DNA from: an uncultured bacterium
GTDB taxonomy: Bacteria > JAJVIF01 > JAPKYR01
NCBI GenBank assembly: GCA_965369865.1
Contig: CBDURU010000006.1
Coordinates: forward strand, 1 to 61,491
Direction: 5' to 3'
Length of the DNA stretch: 61,491 bases
Shown here: positions 40,734 to 50,941 of the stretch, in pieces
How the letters are laid out: each line of letters opens with the position of its first letter
Numbering within the stretch: the stretch's first letter is position 1
Translations under genes and position numbers: made by a program
Notes under the pieces: generated by a model
The model's input: only the letters and a program-made list of their open reading frames with translations
The model's database searches: none
What the model was told of the DNA's origin: nothing

Positions 40734-43289
40734 TTATTTGCCGGTAAGGATGAATGTGAAGTACCCGATATTGCAGTCGAGCCAGTAGGCATAAACCCAG
40801 GCTTCGTATGGTCCGTCGCCGCGCTTAACCTCAATTTTACAAGACGCGGAGTTCGGGTAATCCACATCATCGTCAACGAGATAGCCATTCTCATCATATA
40901 TAACAAGGTCCACGTCCATCAGGCATATATCGTCACCCTGGACATAGAGATAGTATGTTCCGGGATCGAGGTCGAGTTCGTAGACAACAGCTTCATCCTC
41001 ACCTTCATATTCCAGGTAGTCCGTGAAATATTCAATTATCTCCTCGTCATGCATTTCAGCGTTTGTGAGCCATGGTTCTGCAAGAATTTCAGCGTTTTCG
41101 ATCAGGACGTCCTCGTCTCCCTCCCAATCCGTATAATGGTCGTATTCCTCTTCATGGTACATCCAGTCTACTTCAGTGCTGGCCAGCAGGAAGCAACCGT
41201 AAGCATCATCGAAGCCCTCATAGAATCCCGATCCCGCAGCTTCAAGAATAACGGTTGTCGGTTCCTCAAGGTCCAGCCAGACGAATGGATATTTATCAGT
41301 AAATTCATATTCATTAAGGAAATTCTCATCATTGTCGAAAATTACCATGCTGAAAGTAGTGATAGCCAGGCCCCCTTCACCGGTAAAATAGTACCAACCT
41401 TTATCAAGGTCCCATTCGAAGGTGATCGGATCTCCTTCACTCTCAAATTTCCCCGCCCAGGAATCAACCAGCACTTCACCCTCTTCAATTGAGAATTCTT
41501 CATACCACTCAAGTGTATCCATGATGTAATCCCGGCGTGAGTCATCATCTGTGTCGCTCACGCGGCTCAGGACGTATCCAACATAAGTTTCCGAGTATCC
41601 ATCGATGCTGGAGAATACCGCATCGAATTCAATGGTAAATTCGGTATCATCGATCAGCCCGAAGTCAGCGTACGGGAAAGGCGTGGCGTAATCAATAAAG
41701 TTCGGTAACAGTTGATCGGGTGTATAAAGGCTCAAAATAAGATCGACGCACCTGGCGTCAGCCATTGCATTGATGGTGTAAAAACCGGACTCCAGTTCGA
41801 GGGTAATCGATAGAATATCATCATCAAGCAGGAAGGAGTCTGAATTTGTTACTTCGCTGCCGTCTTCTTCTTCCCACACAATCCAGTCTTCAACCCAGAG
41901 TTCTACATCATCCAGGTAAATATCATCCTGGGAGTGTTCTTCGGGATTACGACTGGATGATGCTTTTTTATTTGCAGATTTGTCCGGGTATTTCACTTCC
42001 GCAATTTCACCGTCGCCGTCTGCACAGACGACAAGGCAGTAATAACCAAGATGGTATCCCGGTTTGAAGGCCCATGCGTGCATTTGAACCAGGATCGCGG
42101 TACGTTCCTCGATTTGGAGTTCCACTATTGGGATTTTGTCGGGTTCGGTGTCCTGCTCGAGTACTTCCTCGTCCATGTCAAGGATGAACATGTCCAGGTC
42201 GGCTACATCCATGCCACCGGACGCGTAGAAAATGTATTTACCCGGCATCAGGACGTAGGTGATGAATGAGTTCTGGGAGGTGATATCTCCAACGTAAGAA
42301 TCCAGGATGTTGTATTCATTATTTTCAGCAATTATCGTCCATTCAGCCACTTCGTTTTCGATAAACCCACCGGCCCCGGTCGACCTTTCAAGTTCCGGGT
42401 AAACTGCTTCATGGATTTCGCCGTCACCTTCAGTACAAAGCACAAGGCAGGATAAACCCGAATCGTAGCCTTCCTGGAATGCCCAGGCGGTTAACTGGAC
42501 CTCAACGAGGGTCCGTTCATTGAGTTTTAATTCTACTATCGGGATTTTATCCGGCTCAGTGTCGGACCCAATTTCTTCACCATCTGCATCGTAAATAATC
42601 ATGTCGAGATCGGTGACATTCATTCCTCCCGAAGCATAGAAAATATAATCTCCCGGTAACAGGACGTATGTGATATATGTGTCCTCACCTGAGACTTCAC
42701 CGATACAGGAATCGAGGACAATGTACTCGTTACCGGCAGCGACTTCCTTCCATTCATTAATTTCGTTAGTAATGTAACCACCGGCATCGTATATCGGCTC
42801 GGGTTCGGATTCGATTACCGGTTCAGGTAAGGTGATTTCGAGGATTTCGCCTTCACCATCCGCGCAAATTACGAGACAGAAGTAACCTGAATCGAAACCC
42901 TCCTCAAAAGCCAAGGCATGGGCCTGGACGCAAATTTCTATCTGTTCATCGAAAGAGATTTCCACAATAGGGATTTTATCCGGTTCAGTATTTTCATCAA
43001 GGCGCTCTGCTGTGGCGTTATTGTTGATAAAGAGGTCCAGGTCAGCGATATTCAGTCCTCCCGAGGCGTAAATAACGTAATCGCCCGGCGCAAGGAGGAA
43101 TGGCATGTGCGTGTCCTCTTCGGAAACTGTTCCAATAAATATTTCAAGGACAGTGAAACCGTTGTCCCCGGCGATTTGCACCCATTCATCGACTTCGTTC
43201 TCAATGAAATCGGTCGCGTCGTCGGCCATTGCCGGAGCGGCACTGAATAGAAATGCAAGCATAGCCGCAGATAGAAGAAGAGTTCTCAT
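40734..43289 (-). CDS. Secreted acidic repeat protein with about 6 PPC-like beta-sandwich modules
   Basis: Signal peptide, three close repeats (ENEV.EW...PG.Y..YASGG...DLD...PDKIPIVE) and three degenerate ones. Confidence 0.7.
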   Translation of the reverse strand: MRTLLLSAAMLAFLFSAAPAMADDATDFIENEVDEWVQIAGDNGFTVLEIFIGTVSEEDTHMPFLLAPGDYVIYASGGLNIADLDLFINNNATAERLDENTEPDKIPIVEISFDEQIEICVQAHALAFEEGFDSGYFCLVICADGEGEILEITLPEPVIESEPEPIYDAGGYITNEINEWKEVAAGNEYIVLDSCIGEVSGEDTYITYVLLPGDYIFYASGGMNVTDLDMIIYDADGEEIGSDTEPDKIPIVELKLNERTLVEVQLTAWAFQEGYDSGLSCLVLCTEGDGEIHEAVYPELERSTGAGGFIENEVAEWTIIAENNEYNILDSYVGDITSQNSFITYVLMPGKYIFYASGGMDVADLDMFILDMDEEVLEQDTEPDKIPIVELQIEERTAILVQMHAWAFKPGYHLGYYCLVVCADGDGEIAEVKYPDKSANKKASSSRNPEEHSQDDIYLDDVELWVEDWIVWEEEDGSEVTNSDSFLLDDDILSITLELESGFYTINAMADARCVDLILSLYTPDQLLPNFIDYATPFPYADFGLIDDTEFTIEFDAVFSSIDGYSETYVGYVLSRVSDTDDDSRRDYIMDTLEWYEEFSIEEGEVLVDSWAGKFESEGDPITFEWDLDKGWYYFTGEGGLAITTFSMVIFDNDENFLNEYEFTDKYPFVWLDLEEPTTVILEAAGSGFYEGFDDAYGCFLLASTEVDWMYHEEEYDHYTDWEGDEDVLIENAEILAEPWLTNAEMHDEEIIEYFTDYLEYEGEDEAVVYELDLDPGTYYLYVQGDDICLMDVDLVIYDENGYLVDDDVDYPNSASCKIEVKRGDGPYEAWVYAYWLDCNIGYFTFILTGK

Positions 43290-43518
43290 GTCAGGTCTCC
43301 CATCCTCCCGGAAATTTTTCACTCGTGGAATTGATTCTCTGCGGGAAGGCATGGGTAGTTTAGCAGATTTTCACTCTTGTTTATGCACCTGAAGATCAAA
43401 TTTTTTTCGATGAAAATTAATCCAGGTGCGCCAAATTGGCCTGTAAGTGTCCAATAAGTAGGTGCAGAAGTATTGGCATATTTTCTGGAGTCCGGAAAAA
43501 ATTAAATCGGAGACATAT

Positions 43519-44919
43519 ATGAGCTTGAAAGATATCGTCGATGCCCTGGTACCGCCCTTTATGCGCCGGATAAATGACGCGAGAAGAGGGGAACGTGTAT
43601 CGGAGAGTCAATCATCGGTTGAGGGGGGAGGATTTCGAATCGATCCCGATGATTACGATCGCTGGGGATGGCGACGAGTATCGCGGGATGTCGCGGCGGG
43701 AGATAATCTCGACAGCGAAGCGCACCGTACCATATTAAGACGTGCGTACGCCGCATGGTGCCGAAATCCCCTGGCAGGGCAGATCGTGAACCTGACGACC
43801 TGGTTTGTGATGGGGAAAGGAATCGGGTTTAGCGCGGTCGATCCGAGGGTGCAGGAAATCCTGACCGGGTTCTGGAACGATCCTGAAAACGATATGCGTG
43901 CCGTTCAGCACTGGATGAGCAATGAACTCCAGATCTATGGTGAAATTTTCTGCCGGTTCTTTGTGAATCCATTCGATGGAACGGTCCGGATGGCCCTGGT
44001 GGACCCCCTGGAAATCAGGGATATAGCCACAGACCCGGATGACATCCGAAAACCGGTTGTATACCTCCGGGAGTACAGGAAATCCGGTCTGCCGGAAGAG
44101 TGGATCGATGCATTTACGGGCCATGGCGGAGCGAGCTGGTTCCCGACATCGGACGAGCTTGTTAAGGAAGTTATTGACGGGCAGGAAGTCCTTCATGTGA
44201 AGGTGAATAATGTATCGAATCGCAAGAGGGGACTGAGCGAGTTATACAGGGTGCTTCCGTGGCTGGACGCATTCGACAGGTGGCTTGAGGATCGTTTGGC
44301 GATCAATAAAGCGCGTGGAGCGTTTGCGTTCCTGAGGAAGGTCCCGTCGGTACCGTCAAAAGCGGCGGGTCCGTTTGAGACCGATTCGTCGGGGAAATAT
44401 GTCGTTCCGAAACCGGGAAGTATCCTGGTGGTTCATGAGAGCGAGGAGTGGGAAGTACTGTCGCCCTCTATCGGAGCGGACGATGCGAAGGAAGACGGAA
44501 GGGCGATCAAATTAATGATAGCGGCCGGGAGCGGGATTTTCGAGCACTATTTCGGTGATCCGTCGACAGGCAACCTGGCGACCACGAGAAGCATGGAGCT
44601 TCCGATGGTGAAGAAATTCGAGGATCGCCAGAGGTTGTTCGAGAATGTTTTCGGAAAGATTTTCCAGAGGGTGATTGAGGCAGGAATAAGAAGCGGAATC
44701 CTGCCGGCGGGTGTCGACAGGAAGGTCGAGGTCAGTTTCCCGCCGATCGCGCCGGAGGATGTCGCGAGTTTGACGGATACACTTGTGAAACAGGTCGAGA
44801 GTGGATTGTTATCGAAGGATTCAGCAAGGCGGATGATCCCATGGATCGGAGATCCATTGGTAGAAGTGGAAAATATAAATAAAGAACAGCCTGATAAGGA
44901 GCCAACTGAACAGGGATAA
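43519..44919 (+). CDS. Phage portal protein
   Basis: RNPLAGQIV...FVMGKG, ELQIYGE.F and RGLSEL..VLPWL; ~466 aa; first gene of the head module, with a GGAG RBS. Confidence 0.8.
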   Translation: MSLKDIVDALVPPFMRRINDARRGERVSESQSSVEGGGFRIDPDDYDRWGWRRVSRDVAAGDNLDSEAHRTILRRAYAAWCRNPLAGQIVNLTTWFVMGKGIGFSAVDPRVQEILTGFWNDPENDMRAVQHWMSNELQIYGEIFCRFFVNPFDGTVRMALVDPLEIRDIATDPDDIRKPVVYLREYRKSGLPEEWIDAFTGHGGASWFPTSDELVKEVIDGQEVLHVKVNNVSNRKRGLSELYRVLPWLDAFDRWLEDRLAINKARGAFAFLRKVPSVPSKAAGPFETDSSGKYVVPKPGSILVVHESEEWEVLSPSIGADDAKEDGRAIKLMIAAGSGIFEHYFGDPSTGNLATTRSMELPMVKKFEDRQRLFENVFGKIFQRVIEAGIRSGILPAGVDRKVEVSFPPIAPEDVASLTDTLVKQVESGLLSKDSARRMIPWIGDPLVEVENINKEQPDKEPTEQG

Positions 44920-44972
44920 TCACCGATGATTAAACCGGCGAAGGTTTATCCAGATGATAAAGAGGAATAACT

Positions 44973-45902
44973 ATGAATATACCGATTGTCACAAAACTTG
45001 AAGAAGCCCGTGTGGATGTGGACGGTTGCCTTGTGGAAGGGATCGTCCTGACGTGCGGGCTTTCAGAAAACGGAACGTATTACTCACCCGAAGTGGTGAT
45101 GAGTGCGGTTGATGTTTTCAAGGGAGTGCAGTGCTTTGCGGACCATCCGAGAAATGGGGATGGCGAACGAAGCGTACGGGATGTTGTCGGAGTGATCGAG
45201 GATGCCTGGGTCAATGAAGGCAAACTGTGGGCGACCATGCGGCTTTCGAGGGCACATGACTGGCTTCTTACGATGATTATGGAAGGGCTGGTTGGAGATC
45301 TTTCGATCAATGCTCTCGGTCGTACGAAGGTTACCCGTAAAGATGGAAAGCTGGTGCGCGAGGTAATTGAAATCACAAAAGCGCACTCAGTGGATTTTGT
45401 CGCAAAAGCTGCGGCAGGCGGAAAAGTAGAACGTGTTGTGCGGGAAAGCGAAGGTTACTCAGAGGGCCTGAGGCTTCTCGAACGTATCACAGAAAAGGAG
45501 CTCGAGGATGCCCGTCCGGACCTGATCGAGAAGCTCAAGGAGAAGGTCAAGGAGAAATTTTTTCGTCCTGATGAGGAAAGTCGAAAGGCAATTGAGGAGC
45601 TGGAGAGACAAATTGAAACGCGCCATAGAGCGCTTCTAAGGGAAGCCACAGTCGCGACGCTCATAGAAGAGAGCGGTCTTCCGGCAAAATCGAAGGAATT
45701 TTTACTGGTTGAGGCATTGAATGTGGAAGCGGGTGACGAAGATTTTGAGGTCAAAGTGACTGAACTGATCGAACGCCACCGTGCATATATCGCGGACCTG
45801 ACTTCAGAAGGGATGATCCGCGGGATGGGCTCCGAGAAAGCACATGATGAGAAAAAGTCATTGAAAAAGTCGGAGACTTTAAAATTGATGGGAGTAGGAT
45901 AA
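44973..45902 (+). CDS. Prohead protease-like/scaffold protein
   Basis: S.NG..Y, FADHP, LSINA.G and SVDFV...AAGG, followed by a charged helical C-terminus. Confidence 0.7.
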   Translation: MNIPIVTKLEEARVDVDGCLVEGIVLTCGLSENGTYYSPEVVMSAVDVFKGVQCFADHPRNGDGERSVRDVVGVIEDAWVNEGKLWATMRLSRAHDWLLTMIMEGLVGDLSINALGRTKVTRKDGKLVREVIEITKAHSVDFVAKAAAGGKVERVVRESEGYSEGLRLLERITEKELEDARPDLIEKLKEKVKEKFFRPDEESRKAIEELERQIETRHRALLREATVATLIEESGLPAKSKEFLLVEALNVEAGDEDFEVKVTELIERHRAYIADLTSEGMIRGMGSEKAHDEKKSLKKSETLKLMGVG

Positions 45903-45969
45903 GAGAGGTTATCCCTCCTGCAGTATGAGTAGGTAAATTCAGTATTATTCAAGAAAGTGAGGTGCCAGG

Positions 45970-46284
45970 ATGGCGCAGAATTATATCTCGCACGGAGAGG
46001 TCATTACATTGACCGCCGGTGCGAGCTACACATCGGGGTTGCCGTACCGGATTAGTAATTTCAACGGTGTTGCCCTGATAACAGTCAGTTCAGGGGATCT
46101 TCTGAGTTTCAAGCTGGAAGGGGTATTTGAATTTACCCTCGCCAGCGTATCAGAGGGTGAACCGATTTACATCGATCAGAACGACGCTCTGACCCTGACT
46201 GCAATAGGTAATGATCTGTACGGGCGCGCGATAACGGCGTCCGATCCCAATAATAAATTTCACTGCCGGATCCTGCAGAGCTAG
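45970..46284 (+). CDS. DUF2190 family capsid cement/decoration protein
   Basis: MAQNY...G..ITLTA....SG, GVA and EGVFE; 104 aa, adjacent to the capsid gene. Confidence 0.75.
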   Translation: MAQNYISHGEVITLTAGASYTSGLPYRISNFNGVALITVSSGDLLSFKLEGVFEFTLASVSEGEPIYIDQNDALTLTAIGNDLYGRAITASDPNNKFHCRILQS

Positions 46285-46312
46285 GGTCGGTCAGAATGAG
46301 GAAGGTTAAATT

Positions 46313-47317
46313 ATGAGTCTACTTAGAGAATGGGCGAAACGCGCCCACGATCAGGGCTTCACCGGGTCTCTCATCAGGCAGATCCTGGCGGATGAGGAAT
46401 TCGAAGATAACGCCGTCGATGGCGTGATCGAAGCCATGAATCTCCGCGAAGCGACCACGAGCGATTTCAGCGACCTGGTCGGAGATTCGTCAAATGTCGA
46501 GAGGGAACTGATCAAGTCGTATGAACTTGCCCAGGCAAACTGGAAAAAGTTCGTCAACATCATTCCCCTCCGGGACATGAAAGCTGTAACACGCCTGAGA
46601 AGGAGCGATACCGACAGGTTCGAGGTCGTTCCTGAAGGCGGGGAGCATGAGCAGGGGGATTTCTCCAGCTACAAGGTTGAATACACACCGCAGAAGTACG
46701 AACGCGGTGTGAATTTCACCTGGGAGATGCTGGTAAACGATGACCTTGGAGCGTTCAGGAATATCGGACGCGAACTCGGAATCGCGGCACAGAACACGGT
46801 GAATGATTTCGTTGTTAAGTTTATCGCTGACAATCCGACGATTTACGACTCGGATGATTTGTTCCATGCGAATCACAACAACATTGGCTCCGCTGCCCTG
46901 GATGAAGCATCGATGGCTGCGGGCATTACCGCGATGCGCGGGCAGACGAGTGAGAAGGGCAACCCGCTCAATATCGAGCCGGGATATCTTCTGGTTCCAC
47001 CTGAACTGGAATTTACGGCGAAGAAGCTGGTGCATTCGGTACTGGTTCCTGGCAGTTCGTACAATGACAGCAACGTTCTCCATGGAATTGTTGAGGTTCT
47101 TGTCGAACCGCTTCTAACGGATGCGAATAACTGGTACCTGATCGCGAAACCGTCGAGTATAGCGACCATTGAGATCGGATTCCTCGGCGGACGGGAAACA
47201 CCTGAGATCCTTGTCAAGGAGGATTTCGACAGGGACGTGATCTGGTACAAGGGACGAAGTGTTTTCGGTGGAGCGGTGATGGATTACCGTGGATTCTACG
47301 GCGCGATTGTTACTTAA
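46313..47317 (+). CDS. Major capsid protein, Mu gpT-like (HK97 fold)
   Basis: TWEMLVNDDLGAF, PLNIEPGYLLVPPEL, WYLIA.P, GFL.G...P and DYRG.Y. Confidence 0.85.
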   Translation: MSLLREWAKRAHDQGFTGSLIRQILADEEFEDNAVDGVIEAMNLREATTSDFSDLVGDSSNVERELIKSYELAQANWKKFVNIIPLRDMKAVTRLRRSDTDRFEVVPEGGEHEQGDFSSYKVEYTPQKYERGVNFTWEMLVNDDLGAFRNIGRELGIAAQNTVNDFVVKFIADNPTIYDSDDLFHANHNNIGSAALDEASMAAGITAMRGQTSEKGNPLNIEPGYLLVPPELEFTAKKLVHSVLVPGSSYNDSNVLHGIVEVLVEPLLTDANNWYLIAKPSSIATIEIGFLGGRETPEILVKEDFDRDVIWYKGRSVFGGAVMDYRGFYGAIVT

Positions 47318-47360
47318 AACTAAAAGAACCACCGATTAAAATTGGTGTTGATTCAAATCA

Positions 47361-47467
47361 GGGGACACCTCGATTTCGGGGACGAAATGAGGTGTCCCCG
47401 ATGAGAAAGTAAGGCAGAAGCAAGCAACCGGGGACACCTCTGATCATCCTGATTTGCAGGTGTCCCC
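47361..47467. repeat. Two GGGGACA...TGTCCCC palindromes (47361-47399, 47430-47467)
   Basis: Same ends as the host repeats at 13602, 21458 and 30654. Confidence 0.85.
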
Positions 47468-47514
47468 TTTATTAAAACCTTCGATTGATAAAACCTCCGG
47501 GTAAAGGAAAAAAA

Positions 47515-48033
47515 ATGGCAACTATCGATCAATTGAGACTGAAGATCCTGGATAAAAAGCAGGTTGTGCTCGGGGAAAGAATCGGAACGGGCGATGCGAG
47601 TAATAAAGTATTCAAACTCAGCCTCAACCCGGTTATCAGTGGGTCGGTGACAGTTTACGTTGACGGATCCGAGGTTACCGAGGGTGTCGACTTCACGCTC
47701 GATTACAACACGGGCAAGTTGACCTTCACCACCGCTCCGCCGGACGGGGATTCGGTAACTGCAGATTATGGATTCGCTGCATTCAGCGACAGCGATCTCC
47801 AGGAATTCCTCGATGCTGCAGGCGGGAACCTTGCACTGGCGGCCGGAGACGCGCTGACATCGCTCCTAGCGGACCGTAACAGGCTGGTTACCTGGTCGAA
47901 AGGTGACGCGAAGATCGATTACGACAAGTTGAGGAAAGATATCGCGGAAGTTGCCGTGAAGTTTCATAAACAGGGTGTGAGTGAGGCTGGAGGAGCGGTT
48001 AGCGACAATGTCGACTGGGAGGAGGTGGTCTGA
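47515..48033 (+). CDS. Putative head-tail adaptor with a DUF2460-like beta insert
   Basis: Position after the capsid gene; helical termini around DFTLDYNTGKLTFTTAPPDG..VTADY. Confidence 0.55.
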   Translation: MATIDQLRLKILDKKQVVLGERIGTGDASNKVFKLSLNPVISGSVTVYVDGSEVTEGVDFTLDYNTGKLTFTTAPPDGDSVTADYGFAAFSDSDLQEFLDAAGGNLALAAGDALTSLLADRNRLVTWSKGDAKIDYDKLRKDIAEVAVKFHKQGVSEAGGAVSDNVDWEEVV

Positions 48034-48422
48034 TGCCTCCGATGGAACCGAATTTTAAGGCTAACACCGGGCATGACGCGCTTCGTGTGTGGATGGATTT
48101 CTGGGAATTCACCGGGAATCTCAGGGTTGATATTATCAGGCGTTCGGGATCAAATGGCGATCCGGCGAAAATGATCGCGGCGATTATCAGTGAGACCGTG
48201 ATTGCTTCAGTTCCTGCAATAGTTGTCGACCGGGAAGAGGCCCCATACACCGATCGTGGAGGCGAGATTCCGGCCGGGAAGATCAAACTCGAACTGATTG
48301 ATACCGTCCGGGAAACCGACTGGCTGAAAATGAACGATGTTGAATATGAGGTTGATTCAGTAGAGGAACAGGGCATGGGAAATTTCGCGATCTGGGTTGT
48401 AAGAGCCAGGCGGGTGGATTAA
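48033..48422 (+). CDS. Putative head-closure/stopper protein
   Basis: 129 aa, beta-rich with D.L...D.EYEV..V; position in the neck module. Confidence 0.5.
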   Translation: MPPMEPNFKANTGHDALRVWMDFWEFTGNLRVDIIRRSGSNGDPAKMIAAIISETVIASVPAIVVDREEAPYTDRGGEIPAGKIKLELIDTVRETDWLKMNDVEYEVDSVEEQGMGNFAIWVVRARRVD

Positions 48423-48478
48423 GGCACTCTCTGAACTAACCATAAAGACAGGAAAAAGAATAAAAGGAAGTGCGGTGA

Positions 48479-49000
48479 ATGGCACTTAACGCGTCGCAGA
48501 TAATAAACAACCTGAAGCGGTCGTTTAATGTTTACCTGGAAACATCGCTACCGGGCGCAACGGTCAATTTCGATGAGGATCCGTTTGAAACGGACGGCCT
48601 GGACTCATGGTACGCGGTACGGTATTCGGGATATTCAAGCGAACCGGCCGGAATGGGTGAGTTAATCGATGATTCCGGGACAAAAGGCAAGCTGCACAGG
48701 CTCGGTTGTGAAGTCAGCGCCTGGAGTCGTGATGATTCACAGCGCGAGAACCTCGGGGACATGATCGACCTGATAATGGATTGCTGTGAAGCGGGCCTTG
48801 TGCCGTTCGATGATTTCGCGGATCCCGAGGATCCAGTGAATATCGGCGATATGAGGATTATCGTCGGGGTAGGCAGCATGACGCCATTATGGGGGGGAAG
48901 TAAAGGCCCCGTGTTGAAATCGTCAAGTGATATCCATGCCGGGAAACGCCTGGCGGGATTTGTTTTGGAAATTGAACTGGAAGTAATCTCAGAGATTTAA
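48479..49000 (+). CDS. Putative tail terminator/completion protein
   Basis: Size and position in the neck module only. Confidence 0.4.
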   Translation: MALNASQIINNLKRSFNVYLETSLPGATVNFDEDPFETDGLDSWYAVRYSGYSSEPAGMGELIDDSGTKGKLHRLGCEVSAWSRDDSQRENLGDMIDLIMDCCEAGLVPFDDFADPEDPVNIGDMRIIVGVGSMTPLWGGSKGPVLKSSSDIHAGKRLAGFVLEIELEVISEI

Positions 49001-49021
49001 TGAATTCCAGGAGGAATTGAG

Positions 49022-49138
49022 ATGGACATTGAAGTGCTCATAGAAACGGTGAAAAGGTTAGGCGAGGAGTTGTGCGAGCTTGAGGAGAAACTTTCAGAGA
49101 TAGCTGAGGGTGGAATGAAAAAATTTCCCGAGAGGTAA
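49022..49138 (+). CDS. Small 38-aa coiled-coil-like ORF (not in the ORF track)
   Basis: AGGAGG RBS at 49009; MDIEVLIETVKRLGEELCELEEKLSEIAEGGMKKFPER; fills the gap between two genes. Confidence 0.55.
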   Translation: MDIEVLIETVKRLGEELCELEEKLSEIAEGGMKKFPER

Positions 49139-49141
49139 AGA

Positions 49142-49513
49142 ATGGCAGATATTGGTGACATACATGAATTCCGCACCGCGGAGATGACACTGGGTTCGGA
49201 CGACCTTGCGTTTGTTGTGGAAGCGAGGGTTGAAGAAAAGTGGGAGACTGTCTCGTTTCCACTTTATGAAGATAAATCGACGATCCGGAGCCACCCGACT
49301 CTGAAGGTAATTACCGTTGTGGTGCGCAGGAAGTACCAGGACAGCTCCCCGCTTCATGCGGCGATCGAGGGAAATCCCCTGACGCTGGTTTTCGAATCGG
49401 GGAATGAGACGCATACATTCACGAATGCGCGCGTAATCGAGTGGGTGGTGTACGGAAAACTCGGCGGTGAGATGATGGAAGAGGTTCAGATCGCCTGCGA
49501 GGGTGAGTCCTGA
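49142..49513 (+). CDS. Putative tail tube-fold protein
   Basis: 123 aa, beta-rich, ending ..FTNARVIEW....GGEMMEEVQIACEG. Confidence 0.45.
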   Translation: MADIGDIHEFRTAEMTLGSDDLAFVVEARVEEKWETVSFPLYEDKSTIRSHPTLKVITVVVRRKYQDSSPLHAAIEGNPLTLVFESGNETHTFTNARVIEWVVYGKLGGEMMEEVQIACEGES

Positions 49514-49600
49514 CCCTGTAATGTTCCCAAACCGGTAAGGAAAGATGCATTAACGGGGTCACACATCCCCGTTTTACTTTGATCGGATGGTGAAAAAGTT

Positions 49601-49951
49601 ATGTCGAATATCACGTACAGCCTGGGGGGGACAAGTTTCGATGCGGTTCCGGAAAAAATGGATCGGACCCTGGATCTTCCAGTTACGAGTGAAGCGACCC
49701 TTGGACGCGGAAAAGTCTACGTGGTCGGGGTCAGGAATGAAACGATTGTTCTCAGTGGAAAATACATGACGACCAGCGTGAGAAACGCAATCGAGACGCT
49801 TTATGATTCGTGTGAATTAACAGGTGCGATGTTTGTATTTAATGATGGATCGACCGACCGGAACGTATTAATCAACTCGTTTGAGACCACTCCGATTGTT
49901 GGGGTGACCGAAGGGTTTGGATTCCGTATCGAGCTGGTAGTAGTCAGTTAA
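49601..49951 (+). CDS. Putative distal-tail/tube-initiator-like protein
   Basis: 116 aa with ETIVLSG.Y, VLINSF and F.IEL; position in the tail module. Confidence 0.4.
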   Translation: MSNITYSLGGTSFDAVPEKMDRTLDLPVTSEATLGRGKVYVVGVRNETIVLSGKYMTTSVRNAIETLYDSCELTGAMFVFNDGSTDRNVLINSFETTPIVGVTEGFGFRIELVVVS

Positions 49952-50002
49952 GAATAAACAAAAAAAAATTTAAAAAAGAAACCGATGAAACGGGAGAAAT
50001 AA

Positions 50003-50911
50003 ATGGCTGCAGAATTGAAAGTCTATGAAAACTCGGGATGCACGACAGAGACGCTGATTCGCTATGAGAATACAGTGCTGGTCCCGCTGACGGGTGCGTC
50101 GGTGATCGAATCCCCAAACCAGGGCGGTGGTAATGCGCCTCCCGATGAGTTGACGCTGGATTTTACCTATGATTCCGGCGATACGGAGTGGGATTGCCAG
50201 GTCACACGGAAAGACGGCACATCATACATAAAAACAGGAATCACCACGAACGGGAACGATGTCAATTACATAATCCCGGGAGCCAGCCTGACGGTTGCGG
50301 ACCTTAATACATCCAATTCTTACCAGGCGAAGGTGTATATCGGGTGGAATCCCGGGATCATCGTTGCCGGGAATTCATCGTCGGCAAAACATCTCTGGGT
50401 CAAAAATATTGGCGATGCAGATGGTAGCGACGCGAGAATCAGGATACTTCCCGACGGCGATTTTACCAATACCACGAACACCCCGATACGTGCGATCAAC
50501 GAGGGTAAATACCAGCTGAACACTGCGATCGGGACGTACAACGTGAAGGTGAAAGCGACTACAACGAAAGTGGACGTCTCCTATGAGGGGGGCGATCCGA
50601 CAGAGGTGGATATTGTCGCTGACGGAACCACGGAGAATGAACTGGCTACAGGCTTGTGGGTGGTATTCAACACCGGGCTTGCCGAGGATGACGAGGTTGA
50701 CATTTATATTTCAGACGGTAAGTCAAGAGTTCAGATCGCGTCGGATAACTCAGGCACACCCGGGACGTTCGGGACGTCGGATGTTGTGTTCGGAAATATG
50801 GATCAGAATGACACCGACAGTTTCTGGGTGAAGATTGTGACGCAGGCGTCCGATTCGCCAAGCGGGAACCCAAGGCACGCGAATCTCCAGGCGAGAATAA
50901 CAACGATCTAG
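50003..50911 (+). CDS. Beta-rich virion structural protein (hypothetical)
   Basis: T/G/S/D-rich 302-aa ORF with a GGAG RBS. Confidence 0.5.
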   Translation: MAAELKVYENSGCTTETLIRYENTVLVPLTGASVIESPNQGGGNAPPDELTLDFTYDSGDTEWDCQVTRKDGTSYIKTGITTNGNDVNYIIPGASLTVADLNTSNSYQAKVYIGWNPGIIVAGNSSSAKHLWVKNIGDADGSDARIRILPDGDFTNTTNTPIRAINEGKYQLNTAIGTYNVKVKATTTKVDVSYEGGDPTEVDIVADGTTENELATGLWVVFNTGLAEDDEVDIYISDGKSRVQIASDNSGTPGTFGTSDVVFGNMDQNDTDSFWVKIVTQASDSPSGNPRHANLQARITTI

Positions 50912-50941
50912 ATTTTTTGAAAGTGACACAAGGAAATTCCA

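Noticed and set aside
40329..41492. 387-aa plus-strand ORF
   Set aside because: It is an antisense shadow of two credible minus-strand genes and has no recognisable motifs.
43472..43490. Sigma54 promoter upstream of the portal gene (ttggcatattttctgg)
   Set aside because: It reads GG-N10-GG rather than the required GG-N10-GC.
46313..47317. Encapsulin
   Set aside because: The motifs are Mu gpT-like, and the gene is accompanied by portal and neck genes, which encapsulin loci lack.
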